A stretch of 64,000 bases of DNA from a virus (lineage: Duplodnaviria; Caudoviricetes), in IMG/VR virus record IMGVR_UViG_3300047560_001406, positions 735 to 64,734 of that record; one strand, written 5' to 3'. Numbering within the stretch: position 1 is the stretch's first letter; each line of letters starts with the position of its first letter. A model generated the notes under the pieces. It was not told where the DNA came from and made no database searches. It worked only from the letters and a program-made list of their open reading frames with translations. A program made the translations under genes and the position numbers. This document shows positions 40,694 to 52,100 of this stretch, in pieces.

Positions 40694-41302
40694 TTAGAAT
40701 GTACGGTCTACGATTTTACCGTATGAACCGTTGTCATTTGGAAGTAGACGGAATGAAACGTCGAACTGTGTTGCTGCGTCACGCTTTGCTGCGACAGTTA
40801 CGCTGTCGATTGAAAGTGCACGGTATGCAACATAAATTCTTTCCTCATCTGCTGCACAGTCACCTGTACCAGGTCCCACTGCAACCAATCCACGTTCTAC
40901 TGGGCATTCGCCGAGTTCACCAGCTGATAGGTTGAGGGTCTGTAGGCCAGCACCTGAAGTAAGGTTTGTGTCCTTGCTCGCAAGAGCAAATAGCAAATTC
41001 TCAAGTGTAGCTTCAGCAAATGTGGTCTTCATGTTAACCTTCATGCCTTGCTTGAAAAGCTTAGCAGCGTCAAGAACCTGGTCAACCGCAACTTCTGCGA
41101 AGTCAGGCTGGAACTGTAGTTCAAGACCGTTTGAAGTATAACCGACGTTACGGTAATCTGAATCAGAAGATAGATCTTCCTTAGCAGACGATCCGCTTGT
41201 CCATGTTGGCAAATCTGCATCTGTTAGTGAGCCAGCTTCATATGTGAAGAGAGCTGCAGCACCTACGATGATGTTTGCGTTGGATCCACGTGTATATGCC
41301 AT
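40694..41302 (-). CDS. Major tail tube protein
   Basis: NIIVGAAALF...VGYTSNGLEL...VDQ...TTFAEATLENL; position and downstream terminator fit. Confidence 0.85.
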   Translation of the reverse strand: MAYTRGSNANIIVGAAALFTYEAGSLTDADLPTWTSGSSAKEDLSSDSDYRNVGYTSNGLELQFQPDFAEVAVDQVLDAAKLFKQGMKVNMKTTFAEATLENLLFALASKDTNLTSGAGLQTLNLSAGELGECPVERGLVAVGPGTGDCAADEERIYVAYRALSIDSVTVAAKRDAATQFDVSFRLLPNDNGSYGKIVDRTF

Positions 41303-41377
41303 ATTTTTTCACCTCTTATTTTATGGATAAGTGGGCTTTGTTTCCTCGTTATAAGTATACAGCCCTTTATGATATAA

Positions 41378-41983
41378 TTACGATTTATGCCAGTCGTAAT
41401 CAATAATTATTTTGTTTCCTGCATAGGTCCTGGCAGTACCAAAATTTACTATATCTCTAGTCTCTTGTAGCTGATAAATACGGATTTTGTGGAAAAACAC
41501 TGGTAAAAAGTCTGTACCTAGAATACGAACTGTATTTCTCAACAATGGGACCGTTTTTTCTTCATCTTGCCACATTAAATTACCTTCATCATCTTTAAGC
41601 TGGATTGGGGTTCCAGCTGGTAATGTTTTTATCCAATTGTTTATATTTTGTGCTGACTCATCTTCCCTGTCTAATAGGTCTTGGACTACCTGGGTTGTTT
41701 CGATGAGATCTTCTGGATCCCCTGCCATTTTATAAAAATAATAAAGTAATTGCTCAGACTTAATATGTGGAAAGGGACCCTTTCTCATCTTGAGCATTCT
41801 ATCAAATACAGCAAAAACTTCTGAAGATGCTGATGGGAATGTCTCAGTTAATGCTTCGATATCTGTTGGGCTTGTAGGGAAAAATTTAACTAGGCCATCT
41901 GAGAATCTTCCATCACCCAAATTTATTGGAATCTTTTCTGCTAAATATGCATTAATAAATGCTGGTGGATAGTGTATTGCCAT
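41378..41983 (-). CDS. Tail terminator-like protein
   Basis: Position immediately before the major tail gene. Confidence 0.5.
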   Translation of the reverse strand: MAIHYPPAFINAYLAEKIPINLGDGRFSDGLVKFFPTSPTDIEALTETFPSASSEVFAVFDRMLKMRKGPFPHIKSEQLLYYFYKMAGDPEDLIETTQVVQDLLDREDESAQNINNWIKTLPAGTPIQLKDDEGNLMWQDEEKTVPLLRNTVRILGTDFLPVFFHKIRIYQLQETRDIVNFGTARTYAGNKIIIDYDWHKS

Positions 41984-42660
41984 TAATTATTAACTCCTGC
42001 TCTAGAAATCCATTCGTATCCTGCTTTAAGTCCAGCAGATTTTCCATTTGCCATCCCAACAGCCAAATACTTTTTATATAGTGTTGGCTCTTGTAGGTTT
42101 TCCATAATTCCACTAGCTCTTAAGAATGACTGTGTAAAGTAATTGCCAAAGAATGTATCCATCGTTTGTTCGAATCCACCCTCTACAAATTCACCACCTG
42201 GGTTAGTAATTGTTACTGGCTTTCTAGTAAACACAGTTTCCCCATCTACCTCAAAACGTAATGCTTTTTTCTTAGGAGTAATTGTTACTGGAATACCCTG
42301 TTCCATAATTCTTGCCTTGTCATAGAATGGTGATGAAGCACCTGATGCAGCAATTCTAGATTGTGTAAATGTAGCATCAATAGACAATCCTTGTCCATCG
42401 ACTCTAGACTGTAACTCAAATAATCTTGACTCTGCATTTCCAGACATATTCCATTCATATACGTGATGAAGTAGTCTTTGATCAACTCTAGCCATTGAAT
42501 CTATAAAATTTTCTAAATACTCAATTACTGATTTCCCAAGGTTATTCAAAAATGCTGCTTTACCTGACTCAACGCCTTCTACAAATCCGATAGAGTACTC
42601 TATAAGATTATTCATCTCTTTATTGAACTGTTTATTATCCCAGGAGATAGCAATACTCAT
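41983..42660 (-). CDS. Neck/tail completion protein
   Basis: Position; ITPKKKALRF..G..VF...V..PG motif. Confidence 0.55.
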   Translation of the reverse strand: MSIAISWDNKQFNKEMNNLIEYSIGFVEGVESGKAAFLNNLGKSVIEYLENFIDSMARVDQRLLHHVYEWNMSGNAESRLFELQSRVDGQGLSIDATFTQSRIAASGASSPFYDKARIMEQGIPVTITPKKKALRFEVDGETVFTRKPVTITNPGGEFVEGGFEQTMDTFFGNYFTQSFLRASGIMENLQEPTLYKKYLAVGMANGKSAGLKAGYEWISRAGVNN

Positions 42661-43112
42661 TATACCTCTACCGCCTGGTTCTCTGATCTTCTAATTACAA
42701 CCTTGTAATACTCCACATTTCCAAATGGACCAATAATCGGTTCCTGAGATGCAATTTCAAAAATAGTTGCTTTGTTAGCTCGTACACCAGATGTCTCCAT
42801 ATATAGACTATTGCCTAGATTATCTTTAATGTTACTAACCACAATATTTGTAAAAGATTGCCCTGTCTCTTGAGCACTTATTCTAATATCTGAACGAACA
42901 CGACCAACAAGTACTAGATCTCTTGTTATACTTATATTAGGAACAATATCTTCTTGTGCAGGTCTAGCAAAAGATGCAAAATAGCAAGCAATAGTTTTAT
43001 TATGAATCCATTGCTTCTTAACATTTCCATATGCCCCCTGCTCAACATTAGGGTAGAATATTTCTGCTGTCATTGGAAAAACAACATCTGTTTTTTCACA
43101 TATAACAGCCAT
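42660..43112 (-). CDS. Head closure/stopper-like protein
   Basis: Position and size (150 aa). Confidence 0.5.
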   Translation of the reverse strand: MAVICEKTDVVFPMTAEIFYPNVEQGAYGNVKKQWIHNKTIACYFASFARPAQEDIVPNISITRDLVLVGRVRSDIRISAQETGQSFTNIVVSNIKDNLGNSLYMETSGVRANKATIFEIASQEPIIGPFGNVEYYKVVIRRSENQAVEV

Positions 43113-44017
43113 TATAGGACTCCGATTTTATGAATAGACTTCTTATACTTTTCAAGCATCTTGTCTACTATTGCATTACCTGTTCCCTCTAAGAATTTAG
43201 AATCAAATTGCATCTTGAATTGATCAGTGCTATATGAAGTAATATACTTTTCATAATAATTAAGTTTTCCACACTTGATATCTTCAATTAAAATTTTGAC
43301 TGCTGCATCAACATCTTGTGGTATAGCACGATATCCCTCATCAAGCACAAATAGGTAATCATAGTTTAGTGGGAATGTTCCAACTCTAGAAAGACCAAAT
43401 GCTAAATCTCCTCTAGCTGTAGGGAATTTAATTACTGATGATGCGACAGAACTTGTTTGTCCAGTTTCTACTCTAACAATAGCAGAGTTATCTAGTGTTA
43501 TACGATATTCATGCTCATTAGTTGTAGAATCAATATCATAAATTAATACATTATTCTCGTATACTTTGAGTACACGGTTTGCATCTCTCCATACTGGGAG
43601 GTAGTCAGTGCCATTACCAAGCACTTGATAAATTGATTTGTGGTTATAGAAACCATCTTCTGTATATGTATCTATAATAGATCTTGCTATAAGTTCATAT
43701 ACCTTATATTGCTCTATCTCATGTGCTAGATCACTTAACTTTGAAGGATCTACGTATGGTCTAATAATATCTAGATTATCTTCATAGATAATATGTTCAT
43801 GTTCTGCATCATAGAATCTTATTAAGAATCTTCTATCGAACTGTACCTTAGTTAGTGGTAGTGTGTATGTAACTACCCCGTTGCTATCAGATGTGAGAGT
43901 AATCTCTTCGATTGAGTGGTCCACCAAATCTTCAACATACAGAATATAGCCATAATTTGCATCTGGCAAATACCATGTTGTAGTTAGCGGATATGGTGGA
44001 ACCCTCAATACTTCCAT
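43112..44017 (-). CDS. Head-to-tail adaptor
   Basis: ARSIIDTYT...GY..IPQDVDAA...TGNAIVDKML. Confidence 0.65.
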   Translation of the reverse strand: MEVLRVPPYPLTTTWYLPDANYGYILYVEDLVDHSIEEITLTSDSNGVVTYTLPLTKVQFDRRFLIRFYDAEHEHIIYEDNLDIIRPYVDPSKLSDLAHEIEQYKVYELIARSIIDTYTEDGFYNHKSIYQVLGNGTDYLPVWRDANRVLKVYENNVLIYDIDSTTNEHEYRITLDNSAIVRVETGQTSSVASSVIKFPTARGDLAFGLSRVGTFPLNYDYLFVLDEGYRAIPQDVDAAVKILIEDIKCGKLNYYEKYITSYSTDQFKMQFDSKFLEGTGNAIVDKMLEKYKKSIHKIGVL

Positions 44018-44479
44018 TTAGAGACCGTATCCCTGAGCAACTTCTTTTGGATCAGCGATGCGAACGCCTTCTCTAGTTAGCCACTTCTCTGCTACGTCTT
44101 TATTCACGACATTGAAGCCCTTAGAAAGCTTGCCTACTCCATCCCAATGAATATTCTTTGGTGAGTAAACTGCAATTACGTTGTCCTTCTTTGGCTCTGA
44201 CTTTTGCTTAGCAGGCTTTGCAGCAGGCTTTGCAGAAGATGTGCCAATTACTCCATTTGCGACAGAACCAAGAACTGGCTTCTCTTCTGCTGGAGCGGAA
44301 TATGATGGTCCAGAAATTACGTTGTCTGACTTTGTTTCTTCAGCTTCTACTGGCTTTGATTCCTCTACAAGCTTTTCTACAACCTCAGCTGCCTTTTCTG
44401 CAACTTCTGGTGAGATGATTGGTTCATTGTCTACAACTGATGCTGGGACTACATCTTCATTCTTAATATCTTCAGACAT
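44018..44479 (-). CDS. Hypothetical protein after the capsid gene
   Basis: RBS AAGGAGG; own TGTTATAAT promoter; low-complexity N-terminus. Confidence 0.65.
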   Translation of the reverse strand: MSEDIKNEDVVPASVVDNEPIISPEVAEKAAEVVEKLVEESKPVEAEETKSDNVISGPSYSAPAEEKPVLGSVANGVIGTSSAKPAAKPAKQKSEPKKDNVIAVYSPKNIHWDGVGKLSKGFNVVNKDVAEKWLTREGVRIADPKEVAQGYGL

Positions 44480-44524
44480 AATTCCTCCTTAATTGTCTAT
44501 GTATATTATAACATTATTATATGA

Positions 44525-44559
44525 GATAAGGGGCAGGAGCTTGGATGCCCCTGCCCCCT
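44525..44559 (-). terminator. Terminator-like hairpin after the capsid gene
   Basis: GGGGCAGGGGC-ATCCAA-GCTCCTGCCCC; weak U tract. Confidence 0.7.
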
Positions 44560-44579
44560 AAAAAGGTACTGTTTACAGA

Positions 44580-45713
44580 CTATGCATCTGCAGCAGCGTC
44601 AGCGAATGCGATTGCATCCTGCTCTTCCCACTGGATACCAAAGCGGACGAATACTGTGTATTCAATTGTGTCTTTCTTTGGCTTGTATTCACGGTTTACA
44701 GTGATGTCTCTCTGCATACCCCAAACACGGTTAGATGGGAATGTAAGGTCAACATAACCTTCTGGGTAGTAAGGAACTTCCTGAACGTCAATTCCTAGAA
44801 CACGAGTTGTACGTGCACCACCGAAAGTCTGACCATTACCATCAAGGTATGCCTGACGGTTTGCAGGTGTACCAGCAGGGGTACCAGCAAATGCTTCAGC
44901 GATTGCGTCAGCAAGAGTACCATTGTGCTTTACGATACCTGCGAATGCGTCTGTACCAGCGTAGAACTTAAGGTTATTCTTAAGTGCACGGTACTTACGT
45001 GGCATAGCAAGGATGATCTTCTGCATAACTTCTGGAGTCCATGCATTGTCAGCAACAGTAACTACTGCTTCGTGTGCATCTCCATCAGTCTTAACCTTGT
45101 TAACAAAACCATTCATGATAGATGTAAAGGCGTTAGAACCTGTACCTGTACCATTAATAGCCAAGTCTTCAATGTCATTAGCAAAAGCGTTGGTCATAAG
45201 ACGTACTAGGTGATCTTCAAGAGCACCACCTTCAATACCATCTTCTAGAGCTTCAGCTGAAACTTCCCAGTCAAGACGAATCTTCTTGGTAGTAAGTTCA
45301 ACCTTAGAGAATGTAGCACCAGTGTTTGTGTAGTCACCGTCAGCCTGTGTAGCAGCACGGATAACACGCTCACCAACGTTAACCTTCTCAAGTTCCATGG
45401 TATTTGCTCTCATTGTTACACGACGACCATCGTTAGCAAGAACAGTTGCGTCCCAAACATAGTCGATAAAACGACGTGCTTGTTCTGGACGTAGGATACC
45501 ACTGCCAGCATCACCTGAAGGATTTACTGCGTTAGGTCCTGTTGTCAAACCAAGGTTAGCTGTTGGGATGTTGCCAACAACACCGCCAGTTGCATAGTTA
45601 CCTGGAACAGCAGCACCAGCGTTTGAACCAGATGCGAATGCACCTTCTCCGTTAAAGAGACCAGTTGCGTTACCATCTGAATCTGGATTATTTTTCTTAA
45701 TTTCTTCCGACAT
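44580..45713 (-). CDS. Major capsid protein (HK97 fold)
   Basis: GILRPEQARRFID, VELTTKKIRL..EVS.EALED, FANDIEDLAINGTG. Confidence 0.92.
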   Translation of the reverse strand: MSEEIKKNNPDSDGNATGLFNGEGAFASGSNAGAAVPGNYATGGVVGNIPTANLGLTTGPNAVNPSGDAGSGILRPEQARRFIDYVWDATVLANDGRRVTMRANTMELEKVNVGERVIRAATQADGDYTNTGATFSKVELTTKKIRLDWEVSAEALEDGIEGGALEDHLVRLMTNAFANDIEDLAINGTGTGSNAFTSIMNGFVNKVKTDGDAHEAVVTVADNAWTPEVMQKIILAMPRKYRALKNNLKFYAGTDAFAGIVKHNGTLADAIAEAFAGTPAGTPANRQAYLDGNGQTFGGARTTRVLGIDVQEVPYYPEGYVDLTFPSNRVWGMQRDITVNREYKPKKDTIEYTVFVRFGIQWEEQDAIAFADAAADA

Positions 45714-45734
45714 ATTGTCACCTCCTAAGTGATT

Positions 45735-47027
45735 TTATCTGAATAGATCGGCAGTTTTGAGGAAACGTCCGCCCCATATTGATTTTTCAACCTGTGTCTC
45801 AGGCTGTTCCTGCACGATATCGCCGATATCGCCAGACTTTCGGAATGCAGTATCTGCTTCTACAGCATCTACTCGCTTTCCAAACTCATCAAATGTGCCC
45901 TTTGCAGATGCAACTTCTTGCTGCACTGACTCTAGGGACTTTGTCAAAGAAGCAATCTCTGCTTGCATTGACTTTACTGTTGATACAATATCGCTAAAGG
46001 CTGATGTTACAGTCTCTTTCATTTCAGTAATTGACTTTGAAAGATCTTCTGTATCGTCTGACTTCTTAGCTGCGTCTTCTGCCTCTTCATCTCCTGGCTT
46101 TTCACCAGCATCTTCAGCAGGAGTCTCCTCGTCTGCATGTGGCTTCATAGCCTTTTCTGCAGTTTCGTCATCTGGAGTTGACTCAGCTTTTGCCTCTGGA
46201 GCGACCTCAACAGTTTCTACAATTGCATCTGTCTTTTCTACAGTTGCTTCTGTTGTTTCTTCTGTCATAGGATTTTCCTCCTTGGTCATCTTAGAAAGAG
46301 TTGTGCCTTTAGCACTATCAACTAAGAACTTTATCATTTCTGTTTTTTCGCTGTCATTTTTTTCAACGAAACCTATGTTCAACATTGGTGAACCATCGAC
46401 TGGACTATTCTCAGCTTCTTTGTCTGAAAGAATAGCAATACCTGCAGACTTGTCATAAAAGACATTTTCAATTTCTGTCTCAGTAGCAATTCCAGAAATC
46501 TGATTAGCTCCATCTGCCTTAACAACAGAGAGCACATTAGCAAATTGGTTTGCTGGATTGTCTACAAGTGATAGCTCAACAAGATCATAATCCTTGATAA
46601 TTCTAATCTGTGTATCCATCTTTTCATCATAAGCGTCATCCCACTTATTCATTCTACCGCCGATGGAGAAGCCAGAAAGAGTGCCATCAAGAACCTTTTC
46701 CCAAGTATCCTGAGCACCCTTTGAAATATATGCAGAAACATAGATGCCGTTATACATTTTCTTTGTTTCTGGATCAAAAAACTTTTCTTCTTTAAATGCT
46801 ACCATTTTGCCAACAGAAAGTGGTTGGTGCATTTCACGAATGTTGCCACGGAATCTCTTAAAGGCATCAAGAGATGCTTCTGGAGTGACGATATCTGCTT
46901 GCTTATCAATATTGTCTAGAGTGGCAAAACCTGAGACAATACGCTTTTGCTCATCCACCTTTGAGAGTGGCATAGATAGACGGATGTCGTTTCCGTCCAT
47001 AGTCCATTGTGCTTTAGAAATAGTCAT
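45735..47027 (-). CDS. HK97-family prohead protease fused to an acidic scaffold region
   Basis: RIVSGFA..D..DIV, REMH, GFSIGG, LVELSLVDNPAN; acidic coiled-coil C-terminus. Confidence 0.88.
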   Translation of the reverse strand: MTISKAQWTMDGNDIRLSMPLSKVDEQKRIVSGFATLDNIDKQADIVTPEASLDAFKRFRGNIREMHQPLSVGKMVAFKEEKFFDPETKKMYNGIYVSAYISKGAQDTWEKVLDGTLSGFSIGGRMNKWDDAYDEKMDTQIRIIKDYDLVELSLVDNPANQFANVLSVVKADGANQISGIATETEIENVFYDKSAGIAILSDKEAENSPVDGSPMLNIGFVEKNDSEKTEMIKFLVDSAKGTTLSKMTKEENPMTEETTEATVEKTDAIVETVEVAPEAKAESTPDDETAEKAMKPHADEETPAEDAGEKPGDEEAEDAAKKSDDTEDLSKSITEMKETVTSAFSDIVSTVKSMQAEIASLTKSLESVQQEVASAKGTFDEFGKRVDAVEADTAFRKSGDIGDIVQEQPETQVEKSIWGGRFLKTADLFR

Positions 47028-47094
47028 CGTAGTATTAATTATAGAGCCCTTTTTAGCAATATTGTCTGTTTTGAACCATTATATCACTATTTTA

Positions 47095-48732
47095 TTATTG
47101 AGAAGCTCTTCCCTCGCCTTTCGGATTTCTTCCAGCTACCGTTGCTGTACTATCTGATGCATTATTTGTACGCTGTGCATCTCTTGCATCATTTCCAGTA
47201 CTATTTGGTGCTGGCTTTAAATCTAATGGCTTAGACCCATCACCATCTGGTCTAGCACCCATACCAAGAATTGCACGTGCCTCATCAGGAATAATAATCT
47301 GGTTCTTTACGTATCTTTCTAGGATTTGAGACTGAGCGATTTCGTCTGTAAGCGTAAGTTCATTAAACTTAAACTCAAGAATATCTGTTTTTTCACGAAT
47401 GACTCTATTGATGATCTTCTGCATAGCATCTTGTCTAGGACGAGCTACCTGCTCCTTAAATGTACGATCTTGTGCCAAAGCAGCAGCAATTGCAGCAGAG
47501 TCTCCTCCACCAATCTTTGATAGTGGTACCTGGTGTGCAACTAGGATATCATCACGATTACGAATGCGATATTCATTGAATGATGCTTCCTGTGTACCAG
47601 TTTCTACAGCTTCCATCTTGAACTCTACCTTGTTGGTATCTGTATCTCCAGGAAGTGGAATGTAGAGGGTTCTGTGATTTGAACCCTTTAGACTTGTCTG
47701 TAAGAATCTAAACATCTTATCTTCGGCATCTTCTGAAAGACGTGCACCCTTAAGTGTAACAACGTAACGAGGCACACCCTTGTTGGTAAAGTAGTCAATA
47801 TTATATTGTGAAGCTAGCATATCTCCTTGTAGTGCAGAGATTGCTGAGATGATATCAGGTACACCATAGAATGTATTTAGTGGTGAGTATGACTTAAAGT
47901 GAATAATTTCATTAGGACGAGGATCTGCTGTAATTGGGTTTGGATTTGTTCCCTGGAAATTTCTAAAGTAAACAATTCTATTACCAATAATTTGCAAGTA
48001 CCCATCACGCAAACGGCGGACTCTCATAGTAGTTGATGGAATATGTCCGATATATCCAATCTCACCTTTAACAGTTCTACCAATTTCAAGGTATCCATTT
48101 CCAGTAGACTCATAGTCAGTCATTACCTTTGACATAACTTCTGTGAATGACTCGTCAAGATTTAAACTTTCAACCCAATCACGAAGTTCTACCTTCATGC
48201 GTTCAATACGTTTCTGTGCCTTTTCTCTAGCACTTTCATTTGACTGAGAGTCAAGAGCCATCATAGTTCTCTTTGATACCTCAAAGTCATAGCCAAGGCC
48301 AACGATATTCTCTACCTTAGCATCAATAGCAGCATGGTTCGCAAAGGATGTATCGTAGTAGTTTGCTAGTTCATACAAGTTCCATGGTGGTGTAATGACA
48401 TCAAACATTCCATATCCATTGCGATAGACACGACCAGGGTTAATCTCTTTTGATCGTGCACCATCTTTACCACGATTAATTGCAAGAGCACTATCTTGAT
48501 ATCCTAAATCATTAATATCAATTCCAGTGTTTACAGTTTGGTTTTCAATAAGTACGTCTGTTGATTTTACTAGACGTTCTGTTCTACGCTTAAAATTCTT
48601 TTCTAGACCAGTATAGTTTTTTAACTCATCCCAATTTTTTGCAAATGGATCGTGGTCTTTAAATTGGTCTAGAGTTGCTTCGGCATCTCCAAGTGATGCA
48701 TGGATATATCTAAGCTCATCGTTATCTGACAT
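47095..48732 (-). CDS. Portal protein
   Basis: TGNGYLEI, NEIIHFK..P....YGVP, YFTNKGVP, ILVAHQVP, PDEARAILG. Confidence 0.92.
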   Translation of the reverse strand: MSDNDELRYIHASLGDAEATLDQFKDHDPFAKNWDELKNYTGLEKNFKRRTERLVKSTDVLIENQTVNTGIDINDLGYQDSALAINRGKDGARSKEINPGRVYRNGYGMFDVITPPWNLYELANYYDTSFANHAAIDAKVENIVGLGYDFEVSKRTMMALDSQSNESAREKAQKRIERMKVELRDWVESLNLDESFTEVMSKVMTDYESTGNGYLEIGRTVKGEIGYIGHIPSTTMRVRRLRDGYLQIIGNRIVYFRNFQGTNPNPITADPRPNEIIHFKSYSPLNTFYGVPDIISAISALQGDMLASQYNIDYFTNKGVPRYVVTLKGARLSEDAEDKMFRFLQTSLKGSNHRTLYIPLPGDTDTNKVEFKMEAVETGTQEASFNEYRIRNRDDILVAHQVPLSKIGGGDSAAIAAALAQDRTFKEQVARPRQDAMQKIINRVIREKTDILEFKFNELTLTDEIAQSQILERYVKNQIIIPDEARAILGMGARPDGDGSKPLDLKPAPNSTGNDARDAQRTNNASDSTATVAGRNPKGEGRASQ

Positions 48733-49112
48733 TAGTCTGTATCTCCATATGTCTGTAAAGTTTTCTTTGCAGCGATTACGGCACCAAGGTCATTCATGCT
48801 AGGGATTAGTCCTTGCTTCATTCTATCTACCTGCTCAGAATATTCTTCATCTGAAATCTTACGCATGTTCGGATAGAATACTGCTCTACCCTCTGGCTGC
48901 CCCCAGTATTTAGCTGCATCGGCTAATTCCTTAATCTTGGCTTTGTCGCCCTTCATTCCAGATATAGATAGAGGACTATTGTTTCCATCTGTAAAAGCTT
49001 TTCCGTCTGGCTTTACCCAAACATATGTCCCATACATTGAGAAATTCTCTTCTACAACGCTAAGTTTTGTGTCGCCCACCTGACCAGGAAAACGTGGTTT
49101 TTGCTGTTTCAT
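48732..49112 (-). CDS. Hypothetical protein upstream of portal
   Basis: Coupled to portal; TGGTATACT lies 7 nt before the ATG. Confidence 0.65.
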   Translation of the reverse strand: MKQQKPRFPGQVGDTKLSVVEENFSMYGTYVWVKPDGKAFTDGNNSPLSISGMKGDKAKIKELADAAKYWGQPEGRAVFYPNMRKISDEEYSEQVDRMKQGLIPSMNDLGAVIAAKKTLQTYGDTD

Positions 49113-49130
49113 AACCACTAGTATACCACA

Positions 49131-52100
49131 TTAAACAGCATTAAGAGTGAAGTTTGTCGTCTTTGAGTCCATGAATAGGCGATAACGCATACCATTTTTG
49201 CGATTAAACCTAATCTTAGCAACATCATTAAATATTAACTTTGATGTTCCAACATATGAATTATAGATGTCAGATGGGTCAATTCCATAGAAGTTGCTTG
49301 ATGACAGCACTAACACCTCAAACCATCTAAACACACCTTCCCAGTAACTCCAGTCAAAATGTACATATCCAGACTCACGAACTGAGAACCATGGCCTAGG
49401 GGATATTGTCTGTACTTGCTGTAGGCTAGATCCATTATAGTGTGATAGGTTATTTATTGTTAATGGACCAGTTATTCTAATTGCCCCTCCAGTAACAGAG
49501 AAGTCTACATAATTAGAGAATCCCATACCAATTGCTGACCACTGCTTAACTGTTAGGACTGGATCCTTGACAATTTGACCATTAATAAAATATCCAATAC
49601 CATTTTCAAGTTGTCCTGTCTTAACGTTTATTGCAAAGATACGACCTCTTAGTCCATCCTTCTGTATTGCCTCAATATAGAATTTTATGTGTGACTTATC
49701 TGATTTGATATCTAGAACTTCTGTTGGTGAGTATGGGAAAAAGTCTTGTGAGTACATAGCAAACATCTGCATAGCAATCATTTTATGGTTTGGTGTCCTT
49801 GTAGTATTTACAGGGATCTCAATGCCTCTTGCAGTTCTACTATCAAATCTTCCTTTAAGCGTTATCCCATTTTTTTCTGTTAGGTATAGATGTGGAGTGC
49901 TGCCTTTATAGATTGTAAATGGATTTCTCTTTTTATAGTCATAGTAGAATCCATTTTCTGTAAATGGATAAATATCGCTACCGAATCTTGTACCAATTGG
50001 TGTTGGAACAGTATCACTAAGTGCTACAGATGACAGAGCAAGGTTACCAATAGCTAAAGGTTTATCTGATATATTATCTATCTTAATATCAATATCTATT
50101 GCTATCGAATATTCTGTAAAGTCAATATCTGCTGGAGGATAGATAATCATTCCATCTACTACCTCATAACGACTATTGACCCATTCTGTTCCTGGCATTA
50201 CCATTCCATCATTTGTAGCTAATACAGTATTTGAGTAATATGCTTTATTGAAGCTTTCTGAAGATGTTGGCTTAAAGTAAACATATGTTCTTGCTAAAGA
50301 CTTAGATGTGTCATAGACATATGATCTTGTTTTATTATTCTTAAGATCCTCATAGTCAATATATCCAGTATATAGATGATTGTCTAGATCGCTATATCTT
50401 TTCTGTGATGGATGTGAGTACTTTAGGTATAGATCTTGATATGTCCATGATCCTGATACTGACTCAACGATCTTATTGCGTGATGGTGATGGATACTCAA
50501 CATTAAACTGAATGAAATCCATATCATAGTATGTTTGCCCATTACCAGCTACCACATTTTTTCCAAAATATGAAAGTGGTAATGTTGATGTCCATGAACC
50601 ATTTATATCTGAATCCAGAGTCATCTTTCCATTTTTAATTAGTGGATGAATCTTATAACTAAAGTCGGAATTTTCTACTAGACCTTCAGCAGCGTACTGT
50701 GCAACAGTTCCACCATCCATTAAAAATTGCCAAAATGTTGTACTATAGTATCCTGCATCCGCATTGTTTATTGGATCAATTACTTGCTCTGTATTCCATA
50801 CAAGTCCAGACTGATCAAAGTAATCATATAGTCTTGTGTTAGCAAACTCATTATTGATTCCTATAGAGTATACCTTGCCATTGAATGACTTAGAAACTCC
50901 ATCTCCAGCAACATAAAGAGATAGAGAATTCTTGTTATTTAGAAAAGATCTAATACTGCTATTAGAAAAATATTCACTAAATCTATCAAAATCTATACCT
51001 ATTGCAAACTTTTCTCCAGGATAAAATCCTCTTGTTTCAGCAATAGTTTCTTTTATCCCTGCATGAATATACGAGTATTTAATAGATTCGCCACTGATTG
51101 TGACTGACATAAAATTACCAGAGACACGGTCAACAAGCTTTAGAAGAATTTCCTCATCATCTGAAGGTTGTGATAAAGACTTAAATACAGCAACAATTGA
51201 TTTGGTTTCATTAGGTAATATGTTCATATTTTCAAAATAGAAATATCCATGTTCTGGTATAAGTATAAATTCTGAATCCTCATTTTGCTGAGAAAGATTA
51301 TTTGCTAAAATTTCCTCTTTTGATAATGTTGGTGACTGAAGTGTTATCTCTTTAAAACTTGGTATAGATAGATAGTCTGTATTGGTAGATAGGTTATCAG
51401 ATATTCCTGCTGACCAAGACCTAAATTTTGGATAAGAATAGTTATTAGAATATTTTGAATATTGAAAATCTATAGAGACATTCTTTCCACCAAATGCTGT
51501 ATTTAGTGCTTCTGGATTATCAACGCCTTGTCCGTATACCCATCTTTTCTTAGCTAAAACATTTGATATTGGATAGCTATAAATAGATACTGGACCTAGC
51601 TCAAATAAATCTACTAGCTCATTTCTATAAAAACCAATCCAGTCATTTGAATAACCATTATCTTCTTGTGCTGGAAGTGTTAGAGATTCTCTATCAATAA
51701 TTAGTCTGCCCACCTCTTCTGCATTTAGATACATGATTAGATTATTTTTAAACATAGAAATATGAAGTAGCATTGGCCTATACCATTCTCCAACATAGTG
51801 TGATATTTCTTGAGATCCAAGCTTTAACTTTAAGAATGGACCATTCACATATACACCATCTTGAGATGCTACTGGCCCAATAATCTTAATATCTGTATCA
51901 ACAAATGCATTTATTCTAAACCACGACTCAAACGTATATGTTTTGTATTGCCCAATTTCATTTAAAAAACCCATGCCAGGAATTACTAGCGATGGAGAAC
52001 TTCCATTTGGATAAAGAGTTAGAGATGTATTACTTCCATATACTAATGGGATTCCTGCATTTCTAGCTTTTAGCTGATTATTATTAACAATAACATATCC

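Noticed and set aside
45757-46458. Long plus-strand ORFs such as 45757..46458, 21296..21856, 32988..33524 and 7185..7634
   Set aside because: Lie entirely antisense to well-supported genes and show no recognisable motifs.
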